Of a stretch of DNA of 32,637 nucleotides, positions 12,136 to 22,990 are shown piece after piece (position 1 is the stretch's first letter; each line of letters opens with the position of its first letter). The position numbers and the translations under genes were made by a program. The notes under the pieces are model-generated. The model saw nothing but the letters and a program-made list of their open reading frames with translations. It was not told the origin of the DNA and ran no database searches. The DNA is from Octopus bimaculoides (Eukaryota): contig NC_068991.1 in assembly GCF_001194135.2 (NCBI RefSeq), positions 32,242,215 to 32,274,851 of the forward strand, written 5' to 3'.

Positions 12136-12499
12136 GTTTAATTGAATTGACCATATATAAAACGTATTTTAACATGTATAAAGAACCCACATGTATAAAG
12201 AACCCCCTAATTTGGGGGGCTTGAAATTTAGAAAAAAGGTTTTGTAAGGGATTATAATACTATTGAAGTATAAGAAACTCCCATATTTTTAACCTAATTT
12301 TTGACAAAAAAGGGTTNNNNNNNNNNNNNNNNNNNNNNNNNNNNNNNNNNNNNNNNNNNNNNNNNNNNNNNNNNNNNNNNNNNNNNNNNNNNNNNNNNNN
12401 NNNNNNNNNNNNNNNNNNNNNNNNNNACACATATATATACATACATATATATACATATATACATACATGCATATGTATTTATACATATATAATTGAAAT

Positions 12500-12660
12500 T
12501 CATACAAAGACAAAAGACAATGACAGGTGTATGAATATCAAGCAAGTGTATTAGTTTGACACTTGGGAAAAATGAAAAAGTCTTTTACATTTCAAGCCTA
12601 TGCTCTTCAACACAAAGGAATATGAGAAAACAGAGAAAGAGTGAAAAAAATTTGTAGATT
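12500..12660 (-). mobile_element. Short element copy 4 (old), with decayed hammerhead-like motif at 12581-12618
   Basis: gacaggtgt...gtattagtttgacacttgggaa...aaagtcttttacatttcaagcctatgctcttcaacacaaagg aligns by eye to copy 2. Confidence 0.65.
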
Positions 12661-12678
12661 TCAGCAGTCCAGAATGGT

Positions 12679-13494
12679 GATCATCATCATCATCATCGTC
12701 GTTTAACATCCGCTTTCCATGCTGACATGGGTTGGACGATTTGACGGAGGACTGCGAACCAGATGGCTGCACCATGCTCCAATCTGATCTGGCAGAGTTT
12801 CTACAGCTGTATGCCCTTCCTAACGACAACCACTCCGAGAGTGTAATGGGTGCTTTTATGTGCCAGTCAGGCGGTACTGGCAACAGCCACGCTCAAATGG
12901 TGCTTTTTACGTGCCACCTGCACAAGAGCCAGTCCAGCAGCACTGGCAATGACCTCGCTCGAATGTCTTTCACGTGCCAGTAAGGCGACGCTGGTAACGA
13001 TCACGCACGAATGGTGCTTATTACGTGCCACCGGCACAGAAGCCAGTCATCTGCTCTGGCAACGATCATGTTCGGATGGTGCTCTTAGCGCTCCACTAGC
13101 ACGGATGCCAGTCATGCAGTGCTGTCATCGAATTTGATTTCGATTTCACTTGCCACAACAGCTCTTCGCAAGCAGAGTTTAGTGTCCAATGAAGGAAAGG
13201 TATGCATAAGTGGGCTGGTTACACCCCTGGCATAGGCCACAGGTTATGGTTACACTTGGCTTCGCGGGTCTTCTCAAGCACAGCATATTTCCAAAGGTCT
13301 CGGTCACTAGTCATTGCCTCAGCGAGGCCTAATGTTCAAAGGTCGTGCTTCACCACCTCATCCCAGGTCTTCCTAGCTCTACCTCTTCAACAGGTTCCCT
13401 CAACCACTAGGGTGTGGCACTTTTTCACACAGCTATCCTCATCCATTCTCACCACGTGACCATTCTAGTGCAGTCGTCTCTGTTGCACATCACA
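12679..13494 (-). mobile_element. 5'-truncated RTE-clade LINE: RT C-terminus, 3' UTR with internal tandem repeats, (GAT)n tail
   Basis: Minus strand translates to DVQQRRLH*NGHVVRMDEDSCVKKCHTLVVEGTC*RGRARKTWDEVVKHDL, matching the RTE RRLRWxGHVxRM and RGRPRKTW motifs. Ends in aaagcggatgttaaacgacgatgatgatg. Confidence 0.88.
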
Positions 13495-13688
13495 AATATA
13501 TATATACATATATAATTAAGATCCAGTTGAATTAAGTACTTAGGTACCAAGTCAGTCAAGTATTATCTGCACAGCTCAAAGTAAGATGAATAAAAATCAA
13601 ATAAGTAACAAGGATGTTAAGGTATTAGTGTATTACACCATAATACAATAATACCTTGATATAATTGTTACTTATTTGCTTTTTATAT

Positions 13689-13724
<36 letters not shown>

Positions 13725-13726
<2 letters not shown>

Positions 13727-13851
13727 GCATATACATATATATACATATGCATATACATATATATACATATGCATATACATATATATACATATGCATATAC
13801 ATATATATACATATGCATATACATATATATACATATGCATATACATATATA
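13725..13851. repeat. 22-bp AT-rich minisatellite (atatgcatatacatatatatac)n running into an assembly gap
   Basis: About 5-6 tandem units visible. Confidence 0.85.
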
Positions 13852-14467
13852 NNNNNNNNNNNNNNNNNNNNNNNNNNNNNNNNNNNNNNNNNNNNNNNNN
13901 NNNNNNNNNNNNNNNNNNNNNNNNNNNNNNNNNNNNNNNNNNNNNNNNNNNNNNNNNNNNNNNNNNNNNNNNNNNNNNNNNNNNNNNNNNNNNNNNNNNN
14001 NNNNNNNNNNNNNNNNNNNNNNNNNNNNNNNNNNNNNNNNNNNNNNNNNNNNNNNNNNNNNNNNNNNNNNNNNNNNNNNNNNNNNNNNNNNNNNNNNNNN
14101 NNNNNNNNNNNNNNNNNNNNNNNNNNNNNNNNNNNNNNNNNNNNNNNNNNNNNNNNNNNNNNNNNNNNNNNNNNNNNNNNNNNNNNNNNNNNNNNNNNNN
14201 NNNNNNNNNNNNNNNNNNNNNNNNNNNNNNNNNNNNNNNNNNNNNNNNNNNNNNNNNNNNNNNNNNNNNNNNNNNNNNNNNNNNNNNNNNNNNNNNNNNN
14301 NNNNNNNNNNNNNNNNNNNNNNNNNNNNNNNNNNNNNNNNNNNNNNNNNNNNNNNNNNNNNNNNNNNNNNNNNNNNNNNNNNNNNNNNNNNNNNNNNNNN
14401 NNNNNNNNNNNNNNNNNNNATATATATACACATATACATATATATACACATATACATATATATACAC

Positions 14468-14518
<51 letters not shown>

Positions 14519-14519
14519 A

Positions 14520-16868
14520 ACAATATGGACATTATCCATAATATCAAAGTGACACTGACACTGCTCTTGGATTAAAACATAATAGAGCTATGTATAGAAC
14601 AAAAGCTCCTGCAGAAACACAGCCTATACGAAGCATCCAAAATCTCTCCATACTAAATTTTCATAAAGCAAATTGGAAGTTGATTGAGAAAGATTCTCAG
14701 GCAGGATTGGCCTAAATGTCTCTCCACACCAGACATTGGCATGAAACAAAAACATTTCATGTCCATAATACAAGCCATATGTGACAAATCTGTCCCATTG
14801 TGCAAGACCAGCATACACAAAAATAGGATTCCGAGGGAAGGAAAGATTCTTATGAGACGATGGGCAAAGATTGCAAGCCATCTGAGCAAGCACCCCAAAA
14901 GTGGCAAGAGGTCTCGCTTGGAGAGAGCGCTAATGGAGATTGAGAGAAGTCTGCATCAGTCTCATGAAAAGGAGAGAGCAGATAAAAAAGCTTGATTATA
15001 GAAAATATCAAGTTGAATCCTGAAGCTTTCTTTAAGTTTACTAAAGAAACCACCTCAGTACACCACAAGATAGGAGCCCTCTCCCAAAAAGACGGCTCCC
15101 TCACAGGAAACCCCATGAGGATAAGTGAAATACTAAATGAACAGTTCCAAAGTGTGTTCACTACACTGCTGGAACACAGGTAAGTGAACAAACCTGCGGA
15201 ATTCTTTGCCACTTTACCTGTAGCTAAAGAGACAAACATTGAGTACATAAACATTGAAGATGTAATGCTGGCCATAGATGATATTGACACAATTTCTGCT
15301 GCTGCCCCTGATGGGTTTCCAGTGGTCCTTCTCAAATCATGCAAGCAAGCCCTTGCAAAACCACTGTAGCTTCTCTTCCAGAGCTTCCTTGCAAGTGGTA
15401 AGCTCCCAGACAAAGTGAAGGAAGGGATACGTCCTATTCATAATGGAGGAAGCAGGGCAGATGCTAAAACTTAGAGGCCTATCTCTCTGACTCACACATC
15501 AGCAAAGTCATGGAACGAATAGTCCACAAGAAAGTAATCGTATTCCTTGAAGAAAATGACTTGCTGACTGACACCCAGCATGGATTTCGACCAGGTAGAA
15601 GCTGTCTAACACAGTTCCTGCAACACTACGACTGGGTGCTAAAACAGCTGCTGAATGACTCAAATGTGGATATGATATATCTGGACTTCATAAAAGCCTT
15701 TGAGGAAGTCGACCACGGTATGATATGTCACAAACTGCATGGTCTCAGAATAGGCAGAAAACTTGGAGAGTGGCTGCACAACTTTCTAAAAGATAGACAT
15801 CAGACAGTGGTGACCAATGGAGCCACCTCCAAAGAAACACAAATAGCAGGTGGTGTTCCACAGGGCCACTGCTATTCATAGTGGCCCTCTCAGACATGCC
15901 CTTGGCTACTCAGATAACCACCCTTGCTAGCTATGCAGATGACACAAAAGTCTTTTAGTCAATACAAAAACCTGGAAATATTGTACATCTGCAACGGTAG
16001 TTGGACGCAATGTACAGGTGGGCTGAGGACAATAACATGCAGTTTAATGCAGGAAAATTCCAGGCCCTATGCAACTAGCACACAAGGCTAGATGACATGT
16101 AGACAGGATACACTGGCTGAGGAGGAATGGAAATCCCTGAATCAAAATTAGTGCATGACCTGGGCACGGACATGAGCAATGATGCATCTTTTCAAGTGCA
16201 TATTACCAATTTGGTAATAAAATGTAGACGGCTGGCTGGCTGGATCCCTCGAATTTTCAAAACAAGAGAAAAGGACTACTGCTGCTAACTATGGCCACCA
16301 CACATTATAAAATCCAACTCAAAGCAATCCAATGAAGCTACACTAAGAAGATCGTCTCGATGCAACGTATCAGCTACTGGGAAAGACTGATAGAATTAAA
16401 ACTCATCTCCCTAGAATGAAGGCGGGAAAGATATGCAGGGATATACATTTGGAAAATCCTAGAAGGCCTTGTACCAAACTTTGGCATTGAAACTTACTCA
16501 AACTGCAGAATGGGGCACCATTGCATAGTGCCAAAGATCCCAGCATCGCCATCAAAATACAGGACAACATACAGCAACACCTTGGGGTTCAAAGGCCCAC
16601 AGCATTTCAATATCATTCCAAAATGTCTGAGAGATCTGCATGGGTGGATGTAAGTGTCTTTACAACAAAATTGGATCTCTTCTTGTCAAGGTACCAGACG
16701 AACTTACCTCACGGCAGGAAACACATATGAGGGCAGCAGCATCAAACTCCCTCATTGACCAAGAGCCACATATCAGAGGACGTTACAAATATTGGTGTAG
16801 CTCAGTCAATGGTTGTGCTCCAGCATGACTGCAGCTTTGAAGCTGAAACATTTCTAAAGATTTCAAAG
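14520..16868 (+). mobile_element. Decayed 5'-truncated CR1-group (CR1/L2-like) LINE, ORF2 reverse transcriptase pseudogene
   Basis: Collinear broken ORFs: NIKLNPEAFFKF, APDGFPVVLLKSC, QHGFRPGRSCLTQ, DMIYLDFIKAFEEVDH, GVPQG, and YADD at 15932-15943. Multiple stops and frameshifts. A 3' hairpin cagct-ttga-agctg precedes the (AT)n. Confidence 0.92.
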
Positions 16869-16919
<51 letters not shown>

Positions 16920-17068
16920 TATACATATATATATATACGTATATACATATATATAGAAATATTATAATATTAGGGAATGTCAAAATCCAAACTTACAAGG
17001 ATATTCAATTTAGTAATACCAAATTGAATTTTATAATAAAAGATATATTAATAATTTAGAGAAGAACC

Positions 17069-17116
<48 letters not shown>

Positions 17117-17151
17117 TAATAATTTAGAGAAGAACCACCAAGATGCAATAC

Positions 17152-17270
17152 AAACAATGAAAAAGATCAGACACCATCAAGAAAAACGTACTCTACAAAA
17201 TACTAGATTTTTAAATTAGTATTTTGTAGAGTACGTTTTTCTTGATGGTCTCTGATCTCTTTCATTGTTT
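17152..17270. repeat. 54-bp inverted repeat (hairpin) abutting a gap
   Basis: Arm 17152-17205 against arm 17217-17270, two mismatches, 11-nt spacer. Confidence 0.9.
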
Positions 17271-17522
17271 NNNNNNNNNNNNNNNNNNNNNNNNNNNNNN
17301 NNNNNNNNNNNNNNNNNNNNNNNNNNNNNNNNNNNNNNNNNNNNNNNNNNNNNNNNNNNNNNNNNNNNNNNNNNNNNNNNNNNNNNNNNNNATATATATA
17401 TGTATATATATATACACACATATATACGTACATATATATACATATATATGCATATATATATATATATATATATACATGCATATATATATATACACACATA
17501 TATATACACACGTGTATGTATG

Positions 17523-17556
<34 letters not shown>

Positions 17557-17599
17557 TATATACATGTATATATATATATATACTTATGTATATACATCA

Positions 17600-17945
17600 T
17601 CATTATTATCATTTAACATCTGCCTTCCATGCCAGCATGCACTGGACGATTTGACTGAGGACTGGCGAACCAGAAGGCTGCACCAGGCTCCAATCTGATT
17701 TGGTAGAGTTTCTACAGCTGCATACCCTTCCTAACGCCAAATACTCCGAGAGTGTAGTGGCTGCTTTTATGTGCCACTGGCATGAGAGCCAGTCACGTGG
17801 TACTGGCAACGGCCACACTCAACATGGTGTGTTTTATGTGCCACCTGCACAGGAGCCAGTCCAGCGGTACTGGCAACGACCTCGCTCAAATGATTTTCTG
17901 ACGTGCCAGTAAGGTGACGCTGGTAACGATCACACTCAAATGGTG
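17600..17945 (-). mobile_element. RTE LINE 3' UTR fragment
   Basis: Collinear with 12690-13020 (tttaacatc.gc.ttccatgc...ggcaacga.ctcgctc...acgtgccagtaagg.gacgctggtaacgatcac). Confidence 0.85.
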
Positions 17946-18045
17946 TGTGGCACTTTGGGCAAGTGTCTTCTACTGTAGCCTTGGGCCAACCAAAGCCTTG
18001 TGAGTGGATTTGATAGACGGAAACTGAAAGAAGCCAGTCGTATGT
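17945..18045 (+). mobile_element. 3' half of tRNA-derived SINE
   Basis: gggcaagtgtcttctact.tagcc...accaaag.cttgtga...gga.actgaaagaagcc, as at 25371-25521. Confidence 0.8.
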
Positions 18046-18048
18046 ATA

Positions 18049-18215
18049 TCATCATCATCATCATCATCATCGTTTAACGTCCGCTTTCCATGCTAGCATG
18101 GGTTGGACGATTTGACTGAGGACTGGTGAAACCGGATGGCAACACCAGCCTCCAATCTGATTTGGCAGAGTTTCTACAGCTAGATGCCCTTCCTAACGCC
18201 AACCACTCAGAGAGT
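18049..18215 (-). mobile_element. RTE-type 3' tail fragment (SINE or very short LINE insertion) with (GAT)n tail
   Basis: (cat)n cgtttaacgtccgctttccatgctagcatgggttggacg..., highly similar to 12681-12845. Confidence 0.85.
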
Positions 18216-18513
18216 GTATATATATATACATATATATATATACATATTCCTGGTTTTGAACGGTCAGTTCGAGTGATTTTCCATCCTATTACTAATTTTT
18301 TCATTCCAGTCTGGGATATGAAAGGTGTTTTCATATTTATGTTGGTCGTAATTATTCACACCAATATGTAATTCCTGACAAAGAACCTAATTTTTATTTG
18401 AAGAAGAGTTTTTGTTTTTGCCTTTTGGAATTAATTAGACTCCGAAATAATTAGTAGAATATATATTGGATTAGGACCAACCTGTATTATGAATTTTTTT
18501 CCTTTCCTTATAC

Positions 18514-18602
<89 letters not shown>

Positions 18603-19754
18603 GCTTATATTCATATGGATTAATATATATAGACATACATAACAATACGTATCTATAAATATATACTACGGACATTCACGCGCAGGTGCGCACGCACACA
18701 CATTATTTTAACATATCTAAGCATACAGACATACACATACCTACACCTCTATAAATTAATTTGCAAACGGTAATAGTTTATGGTGTGTTTAGAACCAGCC
18801 CTAGAATAACGTTATATCATCTCAAGAACATATATTCTCCAGTGTTATTTTATTTACCTCTTTCAAATTGCATTTTAGTCTACACTCAGATAAGTGGTGG
18901 ATTGGACTCGAGTGGAGCCTAAACTCAAGTAGTAAACTAATTTTTTTTTAATGTAAAATCCATTGATTATAATTATTAGATAATCTGACTAATCAGATTT
19001 AAAATGTGACGAGTTTTTACAGAACCATTTCATTGATATTTTGTGATGGCTGTGTTAAGAGAATAAGAAGGATGGTTATGAATGTATGTTCTATTCTGAA
19101 GTTAAAGGGTTAATTTATGTAGAAGAATCGAAGCTGTTTTTGATAGAAAACTTAAAAGGTATCTAATGTTATAATGATGATGATGATAATGAAAAAATTA
19201 TCAGAATGACGTAGGGTCAAGCCTGAGCTATTTTTTTAACGACAAAATGTTAATGATACATTTTGTTTGTTTGTTCTTTAAGTGATTTTAAGGGAGATAA
19301 GGAAGATACCTGCTATTGTTAGCAGGTCACTGGACTGCATAGCTGGCTTCAGTTGTTGAGAAAGATGCCATAAAGATGTTTTATTTCAGAGAAGAAAGTA
19401 AAAGAGATGAATAAAGAGAGTGAATAAATGAATGAGTGACGAAAAATGAAAAGAGGACAAGGACCGGAGATAGTGAATAAGAGTATTAAACCACAGAAGA
19501 AGAGAGCAGGGCAGACTTTATTTTCCGGGAAGGGAAAATTGGTGAATTCTTTAGCAATAAAAGACGATGAGTCAAACGGAAGATGGAAGAGAGGTTGATG
19601 TGACAACTTAATATCGAATGTTAATGTGAAAAAAGTACAATGATAGAATACCAGAAATATTGATAACTATCGAATTTTGAGTCCATTGAACACCAGCAAT
19701 AATAATCTGTATCAAATATATTAGCTGACCACACCACGTAGAGTACTACTGAAT

Positions 19755-19789
<35 letters not shown>

Positions 19790-20712
19790 TATCTGTCTAC
19801 ATATGTATTTGTATATCAGAATTTGAAGAGGAAATATATTTGAAATATGTGTATATATTCATATAAAATACATTCATACGTTTATCTGCTGCACCCTGGC
19901 CTAGATATGTATACATTACACAACGCGCGCTCGCGTGTATACACACTCTTGGAAGTGCATAAGTAATGTATGTGTGTGGTGTATATAACTATTTCTTTGA
20001 CATGTTCACAAAGAATAATGTATGACATCTGTGGTAAAGAAAAGGATTTTGAAGTGGTTGAAGGCAGAGAAAATGGTGAAGTAGAAAAGAATAAAGAAGC
20101 AGCGAAGAAATTGTTGAAGACTCTTAGTGAAGCTACTCGTGACTTCCACTGAAAGAGGAATGAAGGATAAAAGAAATTAGCGAAAGTATGTTTGGATTGA
20201 AGATGCATTGAAGTGACAATAATATTGGTTTGTAATATTGGAAATGGAGAAAGAAGCGGGTTTGGAGGAGATTGGATGAATAATACTTAATGTTTCAGAA
20301 AGATATGAGAGAAAGAGAAAGAACGTTCTGGTTATGTGTCAATAATTAGATCGAGGAATATGTTAAGAAATATAAAATAAAAAGTATGGAATAACCACAG
20401 ACTTAACATATGACAAATTAACAAGATATTGGTAAATAAAACATGACATAAACACATGGAGATTGACCATAGACTTCACAACACATTTATTGGGACAAAC
20501 ATACATACACACACACACATATATATGCATATAAATATATGTATATAAATATATGTATATGTATATGTGTGTGTATATATACATATATGTGCATATATAT
20601 ATATATATATATNNNNNNNNNNNNNNNNNNNNNNNNNNNNNNNNNNNNNNNNNNNNNNNNNNNNNNNNNNNNNNNNNNNNNNNNNNNNNNNNNNNNNNNN
20701 NNNNNNNNNNNN

Positions 20713-22182
20713 TTTAGGTTCTGTAAAGTTAGGACCTGTTTGTACTGTGGGTTCTGACGAGGAATCGGGTTCTGAGGAAAAGCGGTTCTCGTTGATGCTT
20801 TGAGTGTTATAGAAAGTAGATGGTTGTTGGTGTTTAATAGTGGTGCAATACGGATCGGAGTTGAGCACGGATAACTGAGGGTCGGAAATCGGAGGGGATG
20901 TTGATTTGGGTTGACTAAAAGAGGGGTTAGCAGATGCTACGACAGGTGTCGACATTGACAGCGATGAATGCGCAGGAATTTCACATCGCTGTTCGTCAGA
21001 GCTGTCAGCATCATCATTTTCACTACCAGCAACTTCTACACCATCATTGCCACCTATTACTTCGGGTGCTAGATCGTTCATAAACTGACCACTAGGAGCA
21101 GCAGTCTCAACAGAAGAAGCAACACCAGACAATTTCAGTGGGTCATCATAACCAAAACTAGTGACAGGAACAGATGATGGAGATGGTGTACCTGCATCGC
21201 TGGTGCTAGTAATGAAATGATCTGAGGGCATAAATGAGGGCGAGTCCACGACTTTGCCTTCGTCGGACTGAGAAATTGTCGCAACATCGTTTGCTTCAGA
21301 AGAACCAAAGGAGGGAATTTCGGAATGGAAGGGTGCCTGGTGGGTTGGTGATGTTTGAGGTGACAATGAAGAATCTAAAGGGGAAAGTTGTGGTGCTTGG
21401 ACGTTATCTGGAAATTTATCAACCGCGTTGGCTGAATCAGCCACGGCAGAAGTCGAGTAAACAAAATCGTTATCTTTAACCACATCTACTTCATCATCTT
21501 CAATATCATTATATTCGATGAGGGAACTTTCTCCATCGTCATCTTCATCATCGTACTCGTCTTGACTGTGTTGTTGGTCCTCACTGTGTTTCGATGTAAG
21601 CACAGTCTGACCTCTAACAAGACTATCATGGTCATATTTCTCATAATCGTCGCTGTCAGAATCTCCACTGTCAACTTCATCGACTTTAGACGATGGCTCA
21701 TTTAGATGGTGCTGCTGGTATTGTGATAAAGGTGGTGGTGGTGAAGAATCAGACATTCCATAATTACTATTGTCAAGATTAAAATTTTCTCCAGTGTCAT
21801 GGGTAGCGATTTGAACACGACTAGCATTATAGTTACTGTCATGATCAACAGGGTTATAAGTATTAGAAATTAGCTCACCCGGGGTATAGGATGAAGATGA
21901 CTGAGCCGAATTGTTGCTGCCGCTGCTGGTGGTATTCGAACTTGGGTTAACCGTGTTGCTTGAGGTGATGTGCGAATCAAAACCGAAGTCATCATCCAGA
22001 GGATTAGACGAAGAAATCGATCCAGAAGACATCATCTGATGAGGTGCTGACGGTTGAGGCTGCAGAGGTTCCGACTGGAAAGCACTAGAACTGTAATTAT
22101 CCAAATTGCCTAAATGGCTATCTCCGAGGAGGTTGCCAACTGAATCCGGCTGGGTCATGTTATTAATGCCTTCGTCAGCCAT
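20713..22182 (-). CDS. Large first coding exon (~490 aa) of an unidentified protein with an acidic Ser/Pro/Asp-rich, probably disordered N-terminus; the exon end lies in the gap
   Basis: 1470-nt stop-free frame in AT-rich DNA, with higher GC, non-repetitive diverse codons and a strong Kozak context (gagccATGG). The ORF-track extension through Ns into (AT)n is an artefact. No recognisable folded domain. Confidence 0.85.
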
Positions 22183-22549
22183 GGCTCGTTTCTTTATATT
22201 TGTGTGTGCTGCACAAATGAAATTTTACGGTCAGATCGTAAATCAATACGTAGTTTTTTGTCTGAAGGCCAAATTAGTAGCACTTTCAGCAATCCTTCAC
22301 AGTAACAATTTTTTTTTTCAAGATAGAATGAATGAGAGAAGACAGATTAGTCTTGAATCTCTCTAGTTTGGGATATATATGTATGTGTAAATATCATATA
22401 CATATATGTATATTGGGTGGGATTTTAAAAAAATATATATTTGTGAATTTATATTGTATGAGCGTACGTATGCGTGCAAGTATTTAATTTAAAATCTACA
22501 CTGTATATATCCAAATATCCTGGTTTAGGTTAGGTTGTTTTTTTTTTCA

Positions 22550-22990
22550 CAACACGCGAAAATGAACGGTTTGTCCGTTGGTGGTTGACCCAGCGGGGTT
22601 TGCAGTGTACGTAGAGAACAGTTGTCTATAATCGAGTGAACAACAAGACGACTACTAAAGATAACGGCAACTGACTGACTGGCAATTAACACAGAAACTG
22701 GTGGTCGGTGACGACTACCGCAGTGAGAGGAACAGGAGGAGTTAGTAGGGATACTGTAAGTACAACTACAGAGTAATGGTGTCGGTATGAGTAGGGAAGA
22801 ACTGATGTGGTAGGAGGCACTCGACTTAACAACAACAGCAGCAGCTGAGTGTTGACCTCTCAGTGATTCAATTGGTTGCGAAGAGGTTTGGCGCTAAACG
22901 TAGACCTGGATATACTATGGAATCCGGGCTGCTGCATAATGTACACTCCAACAGACTCGACTACATAATTTATTAATTTCCCCACTACCA
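22550..22990 (-). promoter_or_regulatory. Putative promoter / 5' leader of the minus-strand gene
   Basis: Locally GC- and CpG-richer non-repeat sequence just upstream of the ATG, with a CCAAT on the minus strand (attgg near 22871-22875). TSS not determinable. Confidence 0.4.

Noticed and set aside
12150-12316. Possible pogo/Tigger-like MITE end (cgtatttt..catgtataaag duplicated)
   Set aside because: Truncated by the gap, so no second TIR or TSD can be verified.
13625-14575. Long (260-300 aa) ORFs in the track, likewise at 12260-12545 and 17203-17654
   Set aside because: They consist of N-gap X runs plus translated (AT)/(AC) microsatellites.
19970-20152. Plus-strand ORF with protein-like charged composition (KEKDFEVVEGRENGEVEK...)
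   Set aside because: Only 60 codons, within a purine-rich tract that encodes K/E by default, antisense to the host gene, with no splice support.
20476-20712. C-terminal 78 aa of the 568-aa ORF
   Set aside because: Read-through of 100 Ns into an (AT)n microsatellite; the real exon almost certainly ends in the gap.
22520-22540. TTAGG telomere-like repeats
   Set aside because: Only 2-3 units, compatible with chance or TE-derived sequence.
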